Shown here: positions 16,953 to 26,848 of the stretch, in pieces
How the letters are laid out: every line of letters begins with the position of its first letter
Position numbering within the stretch: the first letter of the stretch is position 1
From: Candidatus Thorarchaeota archaeon
GTDB taxonomy: Archaea > Asgardarchaeota > Thorarchaeia > Thorarchaeales > Thorarchaeaceae
Direction: 5' to 3'
Assembly: GCA_048884965.1 (NCBI GenBank)
Contig: JBHLQH010000001.1
Location: forward strand, 128,001-192,000
Length of the DNA stretch: 64,000 nt
Notes under the pieces: model-generated
What the model was told of the DNA's origin: nothing
Seen by the model: the letters and a program-made list of their open reading frames with translations, nothing else
Database searches by the model: none
Made by a program: the position numbers and the translations under genes

Positions 16953-19900
16953 CTATGTTGCTTTTCTTTTGATTATTACAACTACCAATATCACTACAAT
17001 TCCTATTCCTGCAACGCCTATGGTCAACATCAACAGTCCCGAGAGAGGGTCATCAAAGATTGGTGGTGTCGTTGTATCAGTAGTTCCTGATGTTTCAGTT
17101 GGTTCAGTAGTTGTAGTTGTCGTAGTTGAAGTGGCTATCGAGTCATAGAATGCTATAGCAATATGCGGTTCATTCATGGTCACTTCAATCGAGTTAACTC
17201 CTATTTCGAGCTGAACAGCATCGAGCACCCAGTAGCTGAATTGATATCCCTCTACTGATTCCGCCGTCATTGTGACATTCGTGTTGATATCGAACCAGTT
17301 CCCTGATGGAGTGATAGTTGGTTGTGGTGTGATGTCATTGGGATTTGTATCGCATATCAGATTGAATTGAGTTACCCATATAGCCTGAGCCGTCTTAGGT
17401 CCATCAAGGAAGATACCTTCTGATTCAGCGTAGTCCGATCCCGAAGCGTCTTCTCTCCATTCATCAAATCGATACCTAGTGCCCGTATCACCAGTAACAA
17501 TTCCAGAGTCAAGACTTGCATAGACGGTGCTATTCTCGATATACCATCCTTGAGACAATGAAGTACTGTACTCAGTTTCGACCGTGAAGAAGAATTCTGT
17601 TACCCAAACGGCAGATGCCATCTTTGGTCCATCCATGATGATATCATCAGAAGAAGAATAGTCTGTACCGGTTGCATCATCTTTCCAGTTCTGAAAGACT
17701 ATACGTTCGCCTGTCTGCACATCAATAATATCCGTGTCCAGTACTGCATGAGCAGTATCTCCAGCCGTATACCATCCATCCCCAGAAACTGACCCGTAGT
17801 CCGATTGAATCGTAAGATAGTATTGGGTTTCCCATCTCGCGGTTGCTGTTTTCGGTCCATCCATGGTAATATCATCAGATGCAGCATAATCTGAGCCTGT
17901 GGCATCGCCAATCCACTCTATGAACTCGTATCGAACCCCGGTATCGCCAGCGATCAGATCTGTATCAATGCTGGCGCTTGCTAGAGTCCCTGCATCATAC
18001 CATCCATCTCCTCCGGGAGTGCCGTGGTCTGAAGAAACAGTGAGATAGTATTGCGTCTTCCAGTTTGCAATGGCAGTCTTTGGAGCATCCATGATGATGG
18101 ATGCAGATGAAGCATAGTTTGAGCCTGTAGTGTCACCAGACCAAGACTGGAAAATGTACTGAGTTCCTGTCCCTCCAGAGATTGATTCCTCGTCTATGGA
18201 TGAAGCCGCAGATGATCCATCATCATACCATCCTTGTCCTCCTGTCGTTCCGTGTTCGGAATTCACGGTCAGATAATACTGTGTCTTCCAATTTGCAGTT
18301 GCAGTCTTGGGACCATCCATGGTTATGCTATTTGAAATAGAGTAGTCAGATCCGGAAGCATCTCCACTCCACGAGGTGAACACATACTGTGTCCCAAGTG
18401 TGCCAGCAATGATACCTGCATCGATTGAGGCATGTGCTGTTGAGGCAGCATCATACCATCCTCCTCCTTCTGTAGTGCCATGATCTGAAGAAACAGAAAG
18501 GTAGTATTGAGTCTGCCAGTTCGCAGTTGCTGTCTTTGGACTGTTCATTGTAATTGAATCAGAGTATGAATAGTCTGAGCCCGTTGCATCACCTGACCAG
18601 GCCGAGAACAGATACTGGATGCCTGTTCCTCCCGATATGGTTTCCGAGTCTACAGATGCATGCGTTGTGGAATCAGCATCATACCAACCTCCTCCACTGG
18701 GTGTTCCATGGTCAGAACTGACAGTGAGATAGTACTGCGTCTTCCAATTGGCTGTTGCGGTCTTTGGACCATCCATAGTGATATCCTCTGATGAAGCATA
18801 ATTGGAACCAGATGCATCCTCAGTCCAAGATGTAAAGACATATTGGATTCCAGTACCGCCAGCTATGGTATCTGAGTCGACTGCCGCATTCGCGACAGCT
18901 CCTGAATCATACCAGCCTCCGCCACCAGTTGAACCATGATCTGAATTCACTGTAAGATAGAATTGCGTCTTCCAGTTGGCCGTTGCCGTCTTTGGTCCAT
19001 CCATGGTGATATCTTCAGAAGCAGCGTAATTAGACCCAGTAGCATCACCACTCCATGATGTGAAGACATACTGGATTCCTGTCCCTCCACTGATGATTTC
19101 TGAGTCAATTGATGCGACAGCAGTTGCTCCTGAATTATACCATCCATAACCAGCAGATGTCCCATGATCTGAGTCAATTGTGAGGTAGTATTGTGTAGTC
19201 CAAGAAGCTGTTGCAGTCTTGGCACTATCCATAGTGATTGAATTTGATGCAGCATAGTCCGAACCTGAGGCGTCCTCTCCCCATGAAGCAAAGACATATT
19301 GTATTCCTGTCGCTCCTGCTATTGTATCAGAATCAACTGAAGCGTACGCAGTAGACCCAGAATCATACCAACCTTCTCCACTAGGAGTTCCATGAGCAGA
19401 ACTAACAGTGAGATAGTATTGTGTTTTCCAACTTGCTGTTGCAGTCTTGGGGCTATTCATGGTTATTGAATCAGAGGATGAATAATCTGAACCACTAGCA
19501 TCTCCTGTCCATGAAGTGAACACATACTGCATTCCAGTTCCTCCTGAAACAATTCCCACGTTTACTGCAGCATATGCACTCGATCCACTGTCATACCAAC
19601 CTCCTCCACTAGTGGAGCCATGGTCCGAATCTACAGTCAGGAAATACTGCGTCTTCCATCCTGCAGTAGCTGTTTTAGTTCCATCCATCAATATTCCATT
19701 TGAAGATGAATAGTCCGACCCTGAAGCATCTCCTCCCCATGAAGTGAAGACATATTGTACTCCTGCTGCCCCTGGTACAATATTCGTATTCAATGATGCA
19801 TATGCGGTCGTTCCTGAATCATACCATCCTGTTCCCCCTGTAGTGCCGTATGTTGATGCTACCGTTAGATAATATTGCGTTGTTGAAAATAGATCGTAGC

Positions 19901-22565
19901 CAGTATCAAATCTATTCGATGTGATAGTGAAATTCTGATAACCTGTATCTTCTCCTCCCGGTGTAATCTGCCATGAATCGAAACTCATTCTTTCTGTGCC
20001 ACTTGTGTAATGATAAGAGCCAACCTCGATATCATAGTCGTATCCAAACATCAATCCTATTGTTACTGGACAGGTATAGTCCTGCCCGTTCACAGTAATT
20101 GTATATCCCGGAGAGGAGGCTCCAAACTCCTTGTAGTAGCCAGGAACTGCATAAGCAATTTCATGGCTAGTAGTGTCGTTCATCCATGCAACTATTGGAT
20201 AGAATCTCCCAACTGAACTACTGATATAGTGGCTTGCAACAGCTATGCCACCTGAAATATCATATCCAGTACTGCAAAGAATCTCTTCATCACCAAGTAC
20301 GTCGGGACGGTCATAGTACATTCTCCTGATGCAAACATTATCTCCATTGTAGTAGGATAGGATCACAACACCCTTTTCATATCTTACATTACCTTGGTTA
20401 TCTGCAGCCAGAGTTGGATATTTCTCATCGTCTGTCGTTGACATTAGGAGTGTATTTGCAGTGACTGATTCTGCATGGTCTGAGCTATACCACATGTATA
20501 GGTCATGCTGATAAGCGGCGTTGACTTCGTATGAGTTTACTGTCCATGCAAAGAATACCTCTGGTGAACCACGAATTGCAGCTAATGTTGGACTGGATAT
20601 TGTTACTGTGAATGCCATGGTCCATCCATTAAAAGTGCCGAAATAATCACTCGACCGCGCTGCCACAATCTTTGTGATATTGCTAACGGAATTTCCTCCA
20701 ACAAAAACAACATGCCATCTATTCACGCCATCAAAACCGTATGAACCAACAATCTCGGGTTGAATGTTGTAGGTGTCGATACCAAGTGAATTTCTAAGAA
20801 TCCAAGTTGATCCTTTGTTTGTACTCACTGCTATCGCAATGACGGAGGTGGAACTGCCAGTCCAAGCTTCATAGGCAATCATAAGGTAGTTTGTGGCTCC
20901 ATATAGATAGTCAGTTGCAATACTTGGATCTCGGGAGTTGATAGATACAGTTGTAGATACAACAAGATTATGATCACTCGAAAATCGGACTAATCGCGTG
21001 TCATGAGTGGCACCATCTGTACTCTCATAGGCAATATATAAAGAGTCATCATAAGGATCTATTGCCAGTGAAGGATTGATGTATGAGTAGGAGGTATTGT
21101 AGAAGCTAAACGCATCAGACCATGAATAGCCTCCATCATCACTGTATCTTGCTTGAATCGAGTATTGGCTTATCGAGGAATTCCAAACTGAATAAATACA
21201 ATATACCGTGCCGATCGAATTCGTTGCCATAACAGGAGTTTGGTAGTCTAGATGTGTTGAACCACTCAGTATGGATTCATCAAGCCATCCATCGAGAGGA
21301 TTCGTGGTCACCCGTACTCTGAATGAGGTTCCTTCTTGTGAAAGCACCTCTACAGCAAAACCAGCTACCTCATCAGCAAACTCTTGTCCTATGCCCCAAG
21401 CTCCAGATGAGAGGGTAGATATTGAATCCGATCTGACCTGTACGATGCCATCACCACTACCCAGGGTTGTATCAACTCGAGTGATCAGGATTCCGCTCTC
21501 AGAAAGACTAGCATCGTACCCAGATTGATAGCGTGACTCAATCAGATAGTAGTAATCTTCTGAAATATTGTAACGAATTACTCGCAGACCTGATGTTTGA
21601 TTATAGCTCGATGTTAGAGCAGCTTCGTATGTGCCTGATGTCAAATCATAGATTTCTGTATCATCATACCAATCCATCATCAACTTTGAATAGGCTGTCA
21701 TGTGGACAGGAACAGTACCAGATGGAGACCCTCCCCAACTCCCAGAAGCCATCAGTCCCCACAAACCCACAAGATCATCACTACCAGTCTTCCCATAATG
21801 GTATAGATCGGGGAGACCTATATCATGTCCAAACTCATGAGCGATGACACCGATTGATCGATCCACATCTCCCCCTTGAAACTCGGGAACGATTGAACAT
21901 GAATCGAATGTTTTTTCATCTGTTACAAAATGACCCGGCCAAGACCAACGTACTGACCAAATGTCATCAGATATTCCTGAGCTTTCCTGACCATTTCCTG
22001 CATGGACGACCATAATATGACCATATGAGGAGAAATCTATGTATGGATCTGCAACAGCTAATGCATCATCCACTAGTTTCCAGCTATCATTACTACCATC
22101 GTCATTTGTATCATCGGTTGCTCCACTCGTTGCGCCATCAGCACCGTAATATGCTTTAGAGTTGCCAAGACTATACCATCCTGCTACAGCGCCTGTAATT
22201 GACGACTGTCCATATGACACTTCGTCGTAATAGTCGCTTACATTTGTGAAGATAATCGAGTTGATTGTAGATGAACTCTCAGTATTAGTGAGGTCGCTAA
22301 AGTAAACAAGAATAACAATCAGGGTTTGCGGTCCCGTCGGAGCTTTCTGTGCCTCAGGTACAAATGCTCCTCCAGGATCTCCACTATATGTTATCTCTCT
22401 GCTAACCGGTGCAACTGGGGTAGCTAAGGGGAATGCATTGATGATTCCACCATCTGTAGTATTCTGTGTTCCATCGAATACTATTGGATTCCCACTGCTC
22501 ACTAGTGATAGACTCAGTACTAATATCAAGAGCAGGAAAGTACATCTTCGAGCTAGGTGTGCCAT
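16953..22565 (-). CDS. Membrane-anchored M6 (immune inhibitor A-like) metalloprotease with BNR/Asp-box propeller region and InlB-B-like repeat stalk
   Basis: Signal peptide from the ATG at 22565 (track start 22604); HEFGHDIGLPDLY zinc motif and MASGSW Met-turn; S.D.G.SW Asp-boxes; 76-aa repeats; Thr-rich linker, TM helix and KRK tail. Confidence 0.9.
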   Translation of the reverse strand: MAHLARRCTFLLLILVLSLSLVSSGNPIVFDGTQNTTDGGIINAFPLATPVAPVSREITYSGDPGGAFVPEAQKAPTGPQTLIVILVYFSDLTNTESSSTINSIIFTNVSDYYDEVSYGQSSITGAVAGWYSLGNSKAYYGADGATSGATDDTNDDGSNDSWKLVDDALAVADPYIDFSSYGHIMVVHAGNGQESSGISDDIWSVRWSWPGHFVTDEKTFDSCSIVPEFQGGDVDRSIGVIAHEFGHDIGLPDLYHYGKTGSDDLVGLWGLMASGSWGGSPSGTVPVHMTAYSKLMMDWYDDTEIYDLTSGTYEAALTSSYNQTSGLRVIRYNISEDYYYLIESRYQSGYDASLSESGILITRVDTTLGSGDGIVQVRSDSISTLSSGAWGIGQEFADEVAGFAVEVLSQEGTSFRVRVTTNPLDGWLDESILSGSTHLDYQTPVMATNSIGTVYCIYSVWNSSISQYSIQARYSDDGGYSWSDAFSFYNTSYSYINPSLAIDPYDDSLYIAYESTDGATHDTRLVRFSSDHNLVVSTTVSINSRDPSIATDYLYGATNYLMIAYEAWTGSSTSVIAIAVSTNKGSTWILRNSLGIDTYNIQPEIVGSYGFDGVNRWHVVFVGGNSVSNITKIVAARSSDYFGTFNGWTMAFTVTISSPTLAAIRGSPEVFFAWTVNSYEVNAAYQHDLYMWYSSDHAESVTANTLLMSTTDDEKYPTLAADNQGNVRYEKGVVILSYYNGDNVCIRRMYYDRPDVLGDEEILCSTGYDISGGIAVASHYISSSVGRFYPIVAWMNDTTSHEIAYAVPGYYKEFGASSPGYTITVNGQDYTCPVTIGLMFGYDYDIEVGSYHYTSGTERMSFDSWQITPGGEDTGYQNFTITSNRFDTGYDLFSTTQYYLTVASTYGTTGGTGWYDSGTTAYASLNTNIVPGAAGVQYVFTSWGGDASGSDYSSSNGILMDGTKTATAGWKTQYFLTVDSDHGSTSGGGWYDSGSSAYAAVNVGIVSGGTGMQYVFTSWTGDASGSDYSSSDSITMNSPKTATASWKTQYYLTVSSAHGTPSGEGWYDSGSTAYASVDSDTIAGATGIQYVFASWGEDASGSDYAASNSITMDSAKTATASWTTQYYLTIDSDHGTSAGYGWYNSGATAVASIDSEIISGGTGIQYVFTSWSGDATGSNYAASEDITMDGPKTATANWKTQFYLTVNSDHGSTGGGGWYDSGAVANAAVDSDTIAGGTGIQYVFTSWTEDASGSNYASSEDITMDGPKTATANWKTQYYLTVSSDHGTPSGGGWYDADSTTHASVDSETISGGTGIQYLFSAWSGDATGSDYSYSDSITMNSPKTATANWQTQYYLSVSSDHGTTEGGGWYDAASTAHASIDAGIIAGTLGTQYVFTSWSGDASGSDYSISNSITMDGPKTATANWKTQYYLTVNSEHGTTGGQGWYDDGSSAASSIDEESISGGTGTQYIFQSWSGDTTGSNYASSASIIMDAPKTAIANWKTQYYLTVSSDHGTPGGDGWYDAGTLASASIDTDLIAGDTGVRYEFIEWIGDATGSDYAASDDITMDGPKTATARWETQYYLTIQSDYGSVSGDGWYTAGDTAHAVLDTDIIDVQTGERIVFQNWKDDATGTDYSSSDDIIMDGPKMASAVWVTEFFFTVETEYSTSLSQGWYIENSTVYASLDSGIVTGDTGTRYRFDEWREDASGSDYAESEGIFLDGPKTAQAIWVTQFNLICDTNPNDITPQPTITPSGNWFDINTNVTMTAESVEGYQFSYWVLDAVQLEIGVNSIEVTMNEPHIAIAFYDSIATSTTTTTTTEPTETSGTTDTTTPPIFDDPLSGLLMLTIGVAGIGIVVILVVVIIKRKAT
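17372..19880 (-). repeat. 11 tandem 228-nt (76-aa) repeats, followed by one diverged copy
   Basis: Consensus TQYYLTVxSxHGTxxGxGWYDxGxxAxASxDxxxIxGxxGxQYVFxSWxGDASGSxYxxSxxITMDGPKTATAxWK, counted in the translation. Boundaries approximate. Confidence 0.9.
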
Positions 22566-22664
22566 TGCACATACGTCTCCTCTAACCTCGGCTGAAAACC
22601 GCAATCAGGCTCTCTATTGATTACCCTATTAATTTTCGCTAATTGTAAGACAGCTTTGATTTGA

Positions 22665-23495
22665 CTAGCTAACAACTATTCGCGTAACGGGTACATTATC
22701 TCTTCTTAGAAATCCCTTCAATGTTCCTGGCTCCATCAACGAGAGAAGAGCTACTTCCATTCCATTCTTGATTTGGGATTTGACTGGTTCTATCGACTTG
22801 AGTTTTCCCTTCATTGCTCCACTAGCATCAACTACTCCTGATTTTCCCATGCTTTCGAAAAAAGTGTCCAAGTCATTCAAATCTATTTGCTCTAATAGGT
22901 GAGCATCAGGATTTACTTTTGGATCTGTATCATAGATACCCTTCACATCTGAGATGAATATCAGATGCTTCGCTTTGAGTTCTGTGGCGAGCAGCACAGC
23001 CATCTGATCACCGCTTCCAATACTCCATCCCATCGCAGAATCAATGAGGATGTCCCCACCAAGTAGTGGCACCATACCAACGGACATGAAGCCTTTCAAT
23101 GAGTCTAGGTACATTCCTGATATTTGCATTCCATCTGATTTCATCATCGATGAAGGATACATAAGACAAACAGGGATACCTGCCTTTTGGAATTGCTTCA
23201 CTATGATATGTCTGAACTCACCTACTGCTTCTTGGGTTTCAGAGAGGGGCAACAGCTGCTCCTCTCCTTGGAAACCCTTGTGCAGTTTATGTTTCAGAAC
23301 CGGAGGGTGTCCATACGAACCCACGCCATGCAGGAGTACGAGATGATCAATGAGTCCTTCATCCATGCACTCCTTGATCTCTCTAGCTGAATTCTCAAGC
23401 ACCTCTTTTCTATAGGTGTAGGGTTTTGTCTTATCCGTGAGCAGTGATCCGCCCAGCTTGATTACGGTCACCTCTCGGTTCATCATAATCACCAC
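22665..23495 (-). CDS. ipk: Isopentenyl phosphate kinase (amino-acid kinase fold)
   Basis: IKLGGSLLTDK, HGVGSYGH (IPK signature His), SGD, SDVKGIY..DP and DASGAMKGK. Confidence 0.9.
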   Translation of the reverse strand: MVIMMNREVTVIKLGGSLLTDKTKPYTYRKEVLENSAREIKECMDEGLIDHLVLLHGVGSYGHPPVLKHKLHKGFQGEEQLLPLSETQEAVGEFRHIIVKQFQKAGIPVCLMYPSSMMKSDGMQISGMYLDSLKGFMSVGMVPLLGGDILIDSAMGWSIGSGDQMAVLLATELKAKHLIFISDVKGIYDTDPKVNPDAHLLEQIDLNDLDTFFESMGKSGVVDASGAMKGKLKSIEPVKSQIKNGMEVALLSLMEPGTLKGFLRRDNVPVTRIVVS

Positions 23496-23496
23496 T

Positions 23497-24306
23497 CTAG
23501 AATAGGGTCAAGAATGGGAATGGCCATGCTAAACCTAGGAACGGAATGATTGCCACCATTATCACTGCCGCTATTGTAACAGTCCAGTTGTCATAGCCCT
23601 TTGGTGAGATAGCTTCGACGATGGTTGATACCAAGCTAATAAGTAGGATTGATATTAGCATATCTCCAATAACGAAGACCGATACTTCGATGGAGAATAG
23701 AAAGACCAAGATAACGCTGAATAGGAATGAACCAATGAACATCCCAATTGAGCCAACAAGTGTCCTTTCGGCACCACCGAACCCGAATGTCTTCTCGCCA
23801 CCATATTTGCGGCCGATAACATCTGCGAGACCATCCCCTCCTGCAAGACATCCAAACACAATGAGTGCTGTAGGCGATGCCTGAGCTAGATCTGCTGAAG
23901 ATGGCACATAGAACCATACGATTGCGAATAGCACCATTATCAGAGCGTAGTAGAGAGTTCCTCCAAGGAGTTCTCTAGGTTCTCCGGTCCTTGACATGGA
24001 TCTAACAAAATCATCATTCTTCATCTTCCCTGTTCCAATCGCTGCAAAGAGCAGGACGAACATCAATGGTGGAATTAGTGCAAGCCAACGGCTAAAGATA
24101 CCACCTGAAAATAATATCCAAGTCACAGCCCATAATGGCGCTGCGAAGATATGGATGATTTTTCGTGTTACAATAGTGGAAAGCTTTCCACTCTTTTCGA
24201 TTGCTGCATTGATTTGGACTAACATCAGGATCAAGAAGAATGAGATGAAGCATGCGATGATGTCCCACACCAATGCGAGCTCAGGTCCTAGAGGGTTGAA
24301 AACCAA
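23497..24306 (-). CDS. CTP-dependent phytol/farnesol/dolichol kinase-family membrane protein
   Basis: RKIIHI, SRTG.P.ELL.G.LYY, GGDGLADVIGRKYG, T.VGS and VEA....DN motifs (VTE5/FOLK-like). TTG start at 24306 follows a GGAGG RBS (track start 24336). It ends 1 nt before the ipk start. Confidence 0.85.
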   Translation of the reverse strand: MVFNPLGPELALVWDIIACFISFFLILMLVQINAAIEKSGKLSTIVTRKIIHIFAAPLWAVTWILFSGGIFSRWLALIPPLMFVLLFAAIGTGKMKNDDFVRSMSRTGEPRELLGGTLYYALIMVLFAIVWFYVPSSADLAQASPTALIVFGCLAGGDGLADVIGRKYGGEKTFGFGGAERTLVGSIGMFIGSFLFSVILVFLFSIEVSVFVIGDMLISILLISLVSTIVEAISPKGYDNWTVTIAAVIMVAIIPFLGLAWPFPFLTLF

Positions 24307-24431
24307 TTTCGTTTCCTCCAAATGGAATATCTTCAAAGGATTCTTGAATCTACGATTTAAACTTGGTCACATTCTCAAGATTCAATCGACAATTGGCGAA
24401 GTGCATCTTGAATATTATATTCTGAATTGAC

Positions 24432-24545
24432 AAAAGATGATAGAGTGGTAGCCAGTGCCAGAACGGCGAAACTGGTAGGAGGGGGGAGTTATGAGGGCAT
24501 GTTACAGAAGTAGTTTTGCCCTTCTAGCCACCTGACTACCTATTT
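24432..24545 (-). ncRNA. Candidate ~110-nt hairpin small RNA / long imperfect inverted repeat
   Basis: Arms 24447-24473 and 24512-24540 are imperfect inverted repeats. On the minus strand there is a TTATTA box at 24570-24565, about 25 nt upstream, and TTTT at 24435-24432 downstream. Confidence 0.35.
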
Positions 24546-24692
24546 TCATATTAGATGTAGTTCCTAATAAGCACTACCATTCTAATATGGAATGTCCACA
24601 CCTTTTTTCACATTTCAGTACTTTTTTCTTTCATTCTGAACCTATCCAAAACAACAGATTCCTTTGGTTGGAATGAATTAGAATGTGGTAGT

Positions 24693-25136
24693 ATGACAAT
24701 AGAAGAACATAGGTATGAGATGGAAAGCAATTGGGTACGTGAAAAGATCGTCACGATTGAGGTGAGTGGAAAACCTATCCTCGAAATTGCGACACCACTT
24801 GACTTTTGGCCAAACAGTCCATCAGGAATGTTTTCACCAGAGGATCTCTTTCTTGCAGCCGCTATAAGTTGCTACGGTGTTAGCATACATGGTGTGTCTA
24901 AGAGGTTCCATACTGAGTTCAGTGATTTCCATGTCAAAGGTACCGGCAATCTAATCCAAGGTGAAAATGGGTGGGAATTCGAACAGATATCAATATTCGC
25001 AGAAATCTATGTTTCTGATTCATCGCATATAGCGAAAATGGAGAAGGTCGCTGAGAAAGCTCACCAGTACTGTGTCATCGCAAACTCAATGAAATGCCCT
25101 GTACATTTGGACTATAAGGTCGTTCTCAAAGAGTGA
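24693..25136 (+). CDS. OsmC/Ohr family protein
   Basis: SPEDLFLAAAISC and AHQYCVIANS two-Cys motifs. Confidence 0.9.
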   Translation: MTIEEHRYEMESNWVREKIVTIEVSGKPILEIATPLDFWPNSPSGMFSPEDLFLAAAISCYGVSIHGVSKRFHTEFSDFHVKGTGNLIQGENGWEFEQISIFAEIYVSDSSHIAKMEKVAEKAHQYCVIANSMKCPVHLDYKVVLKE

Positions 25137-25190
25137 TGTATATCCACATCTTCTGCACAACTTGACTTTGAATTTAGTATCGAATCGAAA

Positions 25191-25571
25191 TCAATCCAGT
25201 TCGTGCGGTAGAGGGATTTCTGCAATATACTCCTCTCCACAAGTACACTGTAACTTCACAGTCCATCTTTTTGGAAGTGCTACATTGAACTCTTCGATAT
25301 ACTCTGAGAGACTTTCTTTAATTCCTCGGACTAGTCTAACATAAGCATTTGCCAGCCTTCCTATTTCCTCCGGAAAGTCAAGATCCGATAGGAAATATTT
25401 GACTCCCTCATCACATTTTGGACAAGAGGTAACAAGAATGTGAGTCTTATCATGACAATTCTCGCAAGTCACATCATGCTCCTTCATAGTAGGAGCTTTG
25501 GGAATCTCGGGACTAATTCGATTACTATGTCCACAGACATAGCAATAGTATGTAAAGGATAAATCTGCCAT
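25191..25571 (-). CDS. Small zinc-ribbon protein
   Basis: CYVC, CENC, CPKC and CTC motifs. Confidence 0.7.
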   Translation of the reverse strand: MADLSFTYYCYVCGHSNRISPEIPKAPTMKEHDVTCENCHDKTHILVTSCPKCDEGVKYFLSDLDFPEEIGRLANAYVRLVRGIKESLSEYIEEFNVALPKRWTVKLQCTCGEEYIAEIPLPHELD

Positions 25572-25665
25572 CTCTCAAACTCTCCTGATTGTAGTGTTTG
25601 ATTCTGCTATAAGGACTACTCTTCAATGAATAATGCTTTATTCGCGATTATTTTTTAGTATTGAT

Positions 25666-26331
25666 ATGACCGGGGAAATTGACATGACCACTGAAACGGA
25701 GAAATCACCTATTGTTGAGGATAAAGGTGCTTTCTTCTTCAACCCACCATCATCCCTTTGGCCCTTGCTGTCAGCTCTTCTTGCAATCGTACTTTTTTCA
25801 GCTTGGTCAACCCGATCAGGTCTCGACTTTGTTGTTTCAATAATAGTCATTGCTGTATATTCGATTCTAGCTCTGTGGTCAACGAGATTCAACTATGGTA
25901 GATTGGTCATTACTGAGGATGGAACACACCTCTTACTTGAATTCAAGAAACCTGGTTTCTCTTGGAAATATCTCTTCTACTCATTGTTGGGCTCTGCAAT
26001 TCCAATACTCCTACCCTGGTTTGTACTAGCAAACTCGGTAACGGAAACACCAGAGATCACACAATCGATCATGATCATTGCTATGGTCCTCTATGTCTTG
26101 ATCATCCCTGTTCTACCTTCTCTAGCTAATATCCCCAACCTCTCCATCCTCAAGACAAAACTCCACTCTTCGTATGATCTCGAATCACAAAAGATTGATG
26201 ATTTTGATTTACAGATCCACGAGCTTGATAGATTCTGGTATTCATTTCGTGAAGATGAGGAAGTTATCCAACAAGTGCGAAATACTCTTCTCAAGATGTT
26301 CCAAGAGCATCTAGAGGTCAATTCTTCTTAG
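25666..26331 (+). CDS. Hypothetical membrane protein (4 TM)
   Basis: Four hydrophobic segments; start uncertain (25633/25666/25684). Confidence 0.6.
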   Translation: MTGEIDMTTETEKSPIVEDKGAFFFNPPSSLWPLLSALLAIVLFSAWSTRSGLDFVVSIIVIAVYSILALWSTRFNYGRLVITEDGTHLLLEFKKPGFSWKYLFYSLLGSAIPILLPWFVLANSVTETPEITQSIMIIAMVLYVLIIPVLPSLANIPNLSILKTKLHSSYDLESQKIDDFDLQIHELDRFWYSFREDEEVIQQVRNTLLKMFQEHLEVNSS

Positions 26332-26844
26332 TTCTGAAGGATATCGTACGGCGTTTCTCACATAGGTTTCTACGTATCGTTCTATTGCTATCCTTGCTGG
26401 ATCGTCCTGCTCAAGGTCTCTGAGATATTTCGCGGGAACCCCTGCATAGACCTTGTAGGGTTCAGTAATGGTCTTGGAATGTAGCAAGGCGCCATTTCCA
26501 ATCAATGCTCCTTTCGCAACAACTGAATGAAGCATGAGAACTGCACCCATTCCAATCGCAGCGTAATCATCAATGAATTTCGCATGAACCGATGCATTGT
26601 GTCCTATGTTCACTCTCTTTCCAATGGTCGTATCATGTGATTCTGTTGAATGGACTACCGCACCATCCTGCACATTCGTTTCATCTCCTATTGTAATGAT
26701 TCCAATATCTCCCCTTACTGACGACATTGGAGCGAGAAACACTCTCTCTCCTATTATTACATCCCCTATCACTGAAGCTTGCGGGTGGATATATGCACTC
26801 TCTGCAATCTTCGGAATTTTATCACCTAAAGCATATACGGCCAT
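26311..26844 (-). CDS. Gamma-carbonic anhydrase family (hexapeptide repeat) protein
   Basis: A.VIGDV.IG, VRGD, NVQDGAVVH, IGHNASVH metal-binding His residues and YAGVPAK. Confidence 0.9.
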   Translation of the reverse strand: MAVYALGDKIPKIAESAYIHPQASVIGDVIIGERVFLAPMSSVRGDIGIITIGDETNVQDGAVVHSTESHDTTIGKRVNIGHNASVHAKFIDDYAAIGMGAVLMLHSVVAKGALIGNGALLHSKTITEPYKVYAGVPAKYLRDLEQDDPARIAIERYVETYVRNAVRYPSELRRIDL

Positions 26845-26848
26845 TTTC

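Noticed and set aside
17372-19880. Regularly spaced DNA repeats that might suggest a CRISPR array or DGR template/variable repeats
   Set aside because: The period is 228 nt, in frame within a CDS, with synonymous divergence. There are no unique spacers, cas genes or reverse transcriptase, and differences are not adenine-specific.
24503-24550. 15-codon minus-strand ORF MKIGSQVARRAKLLL overlapping the hairpin (possible leader peptide)
   Set aside because: Too short, no RBS, no informative codon run, and its ATG lies only ~15 nt from the TATA-like box, probably upstream of the transcription start.
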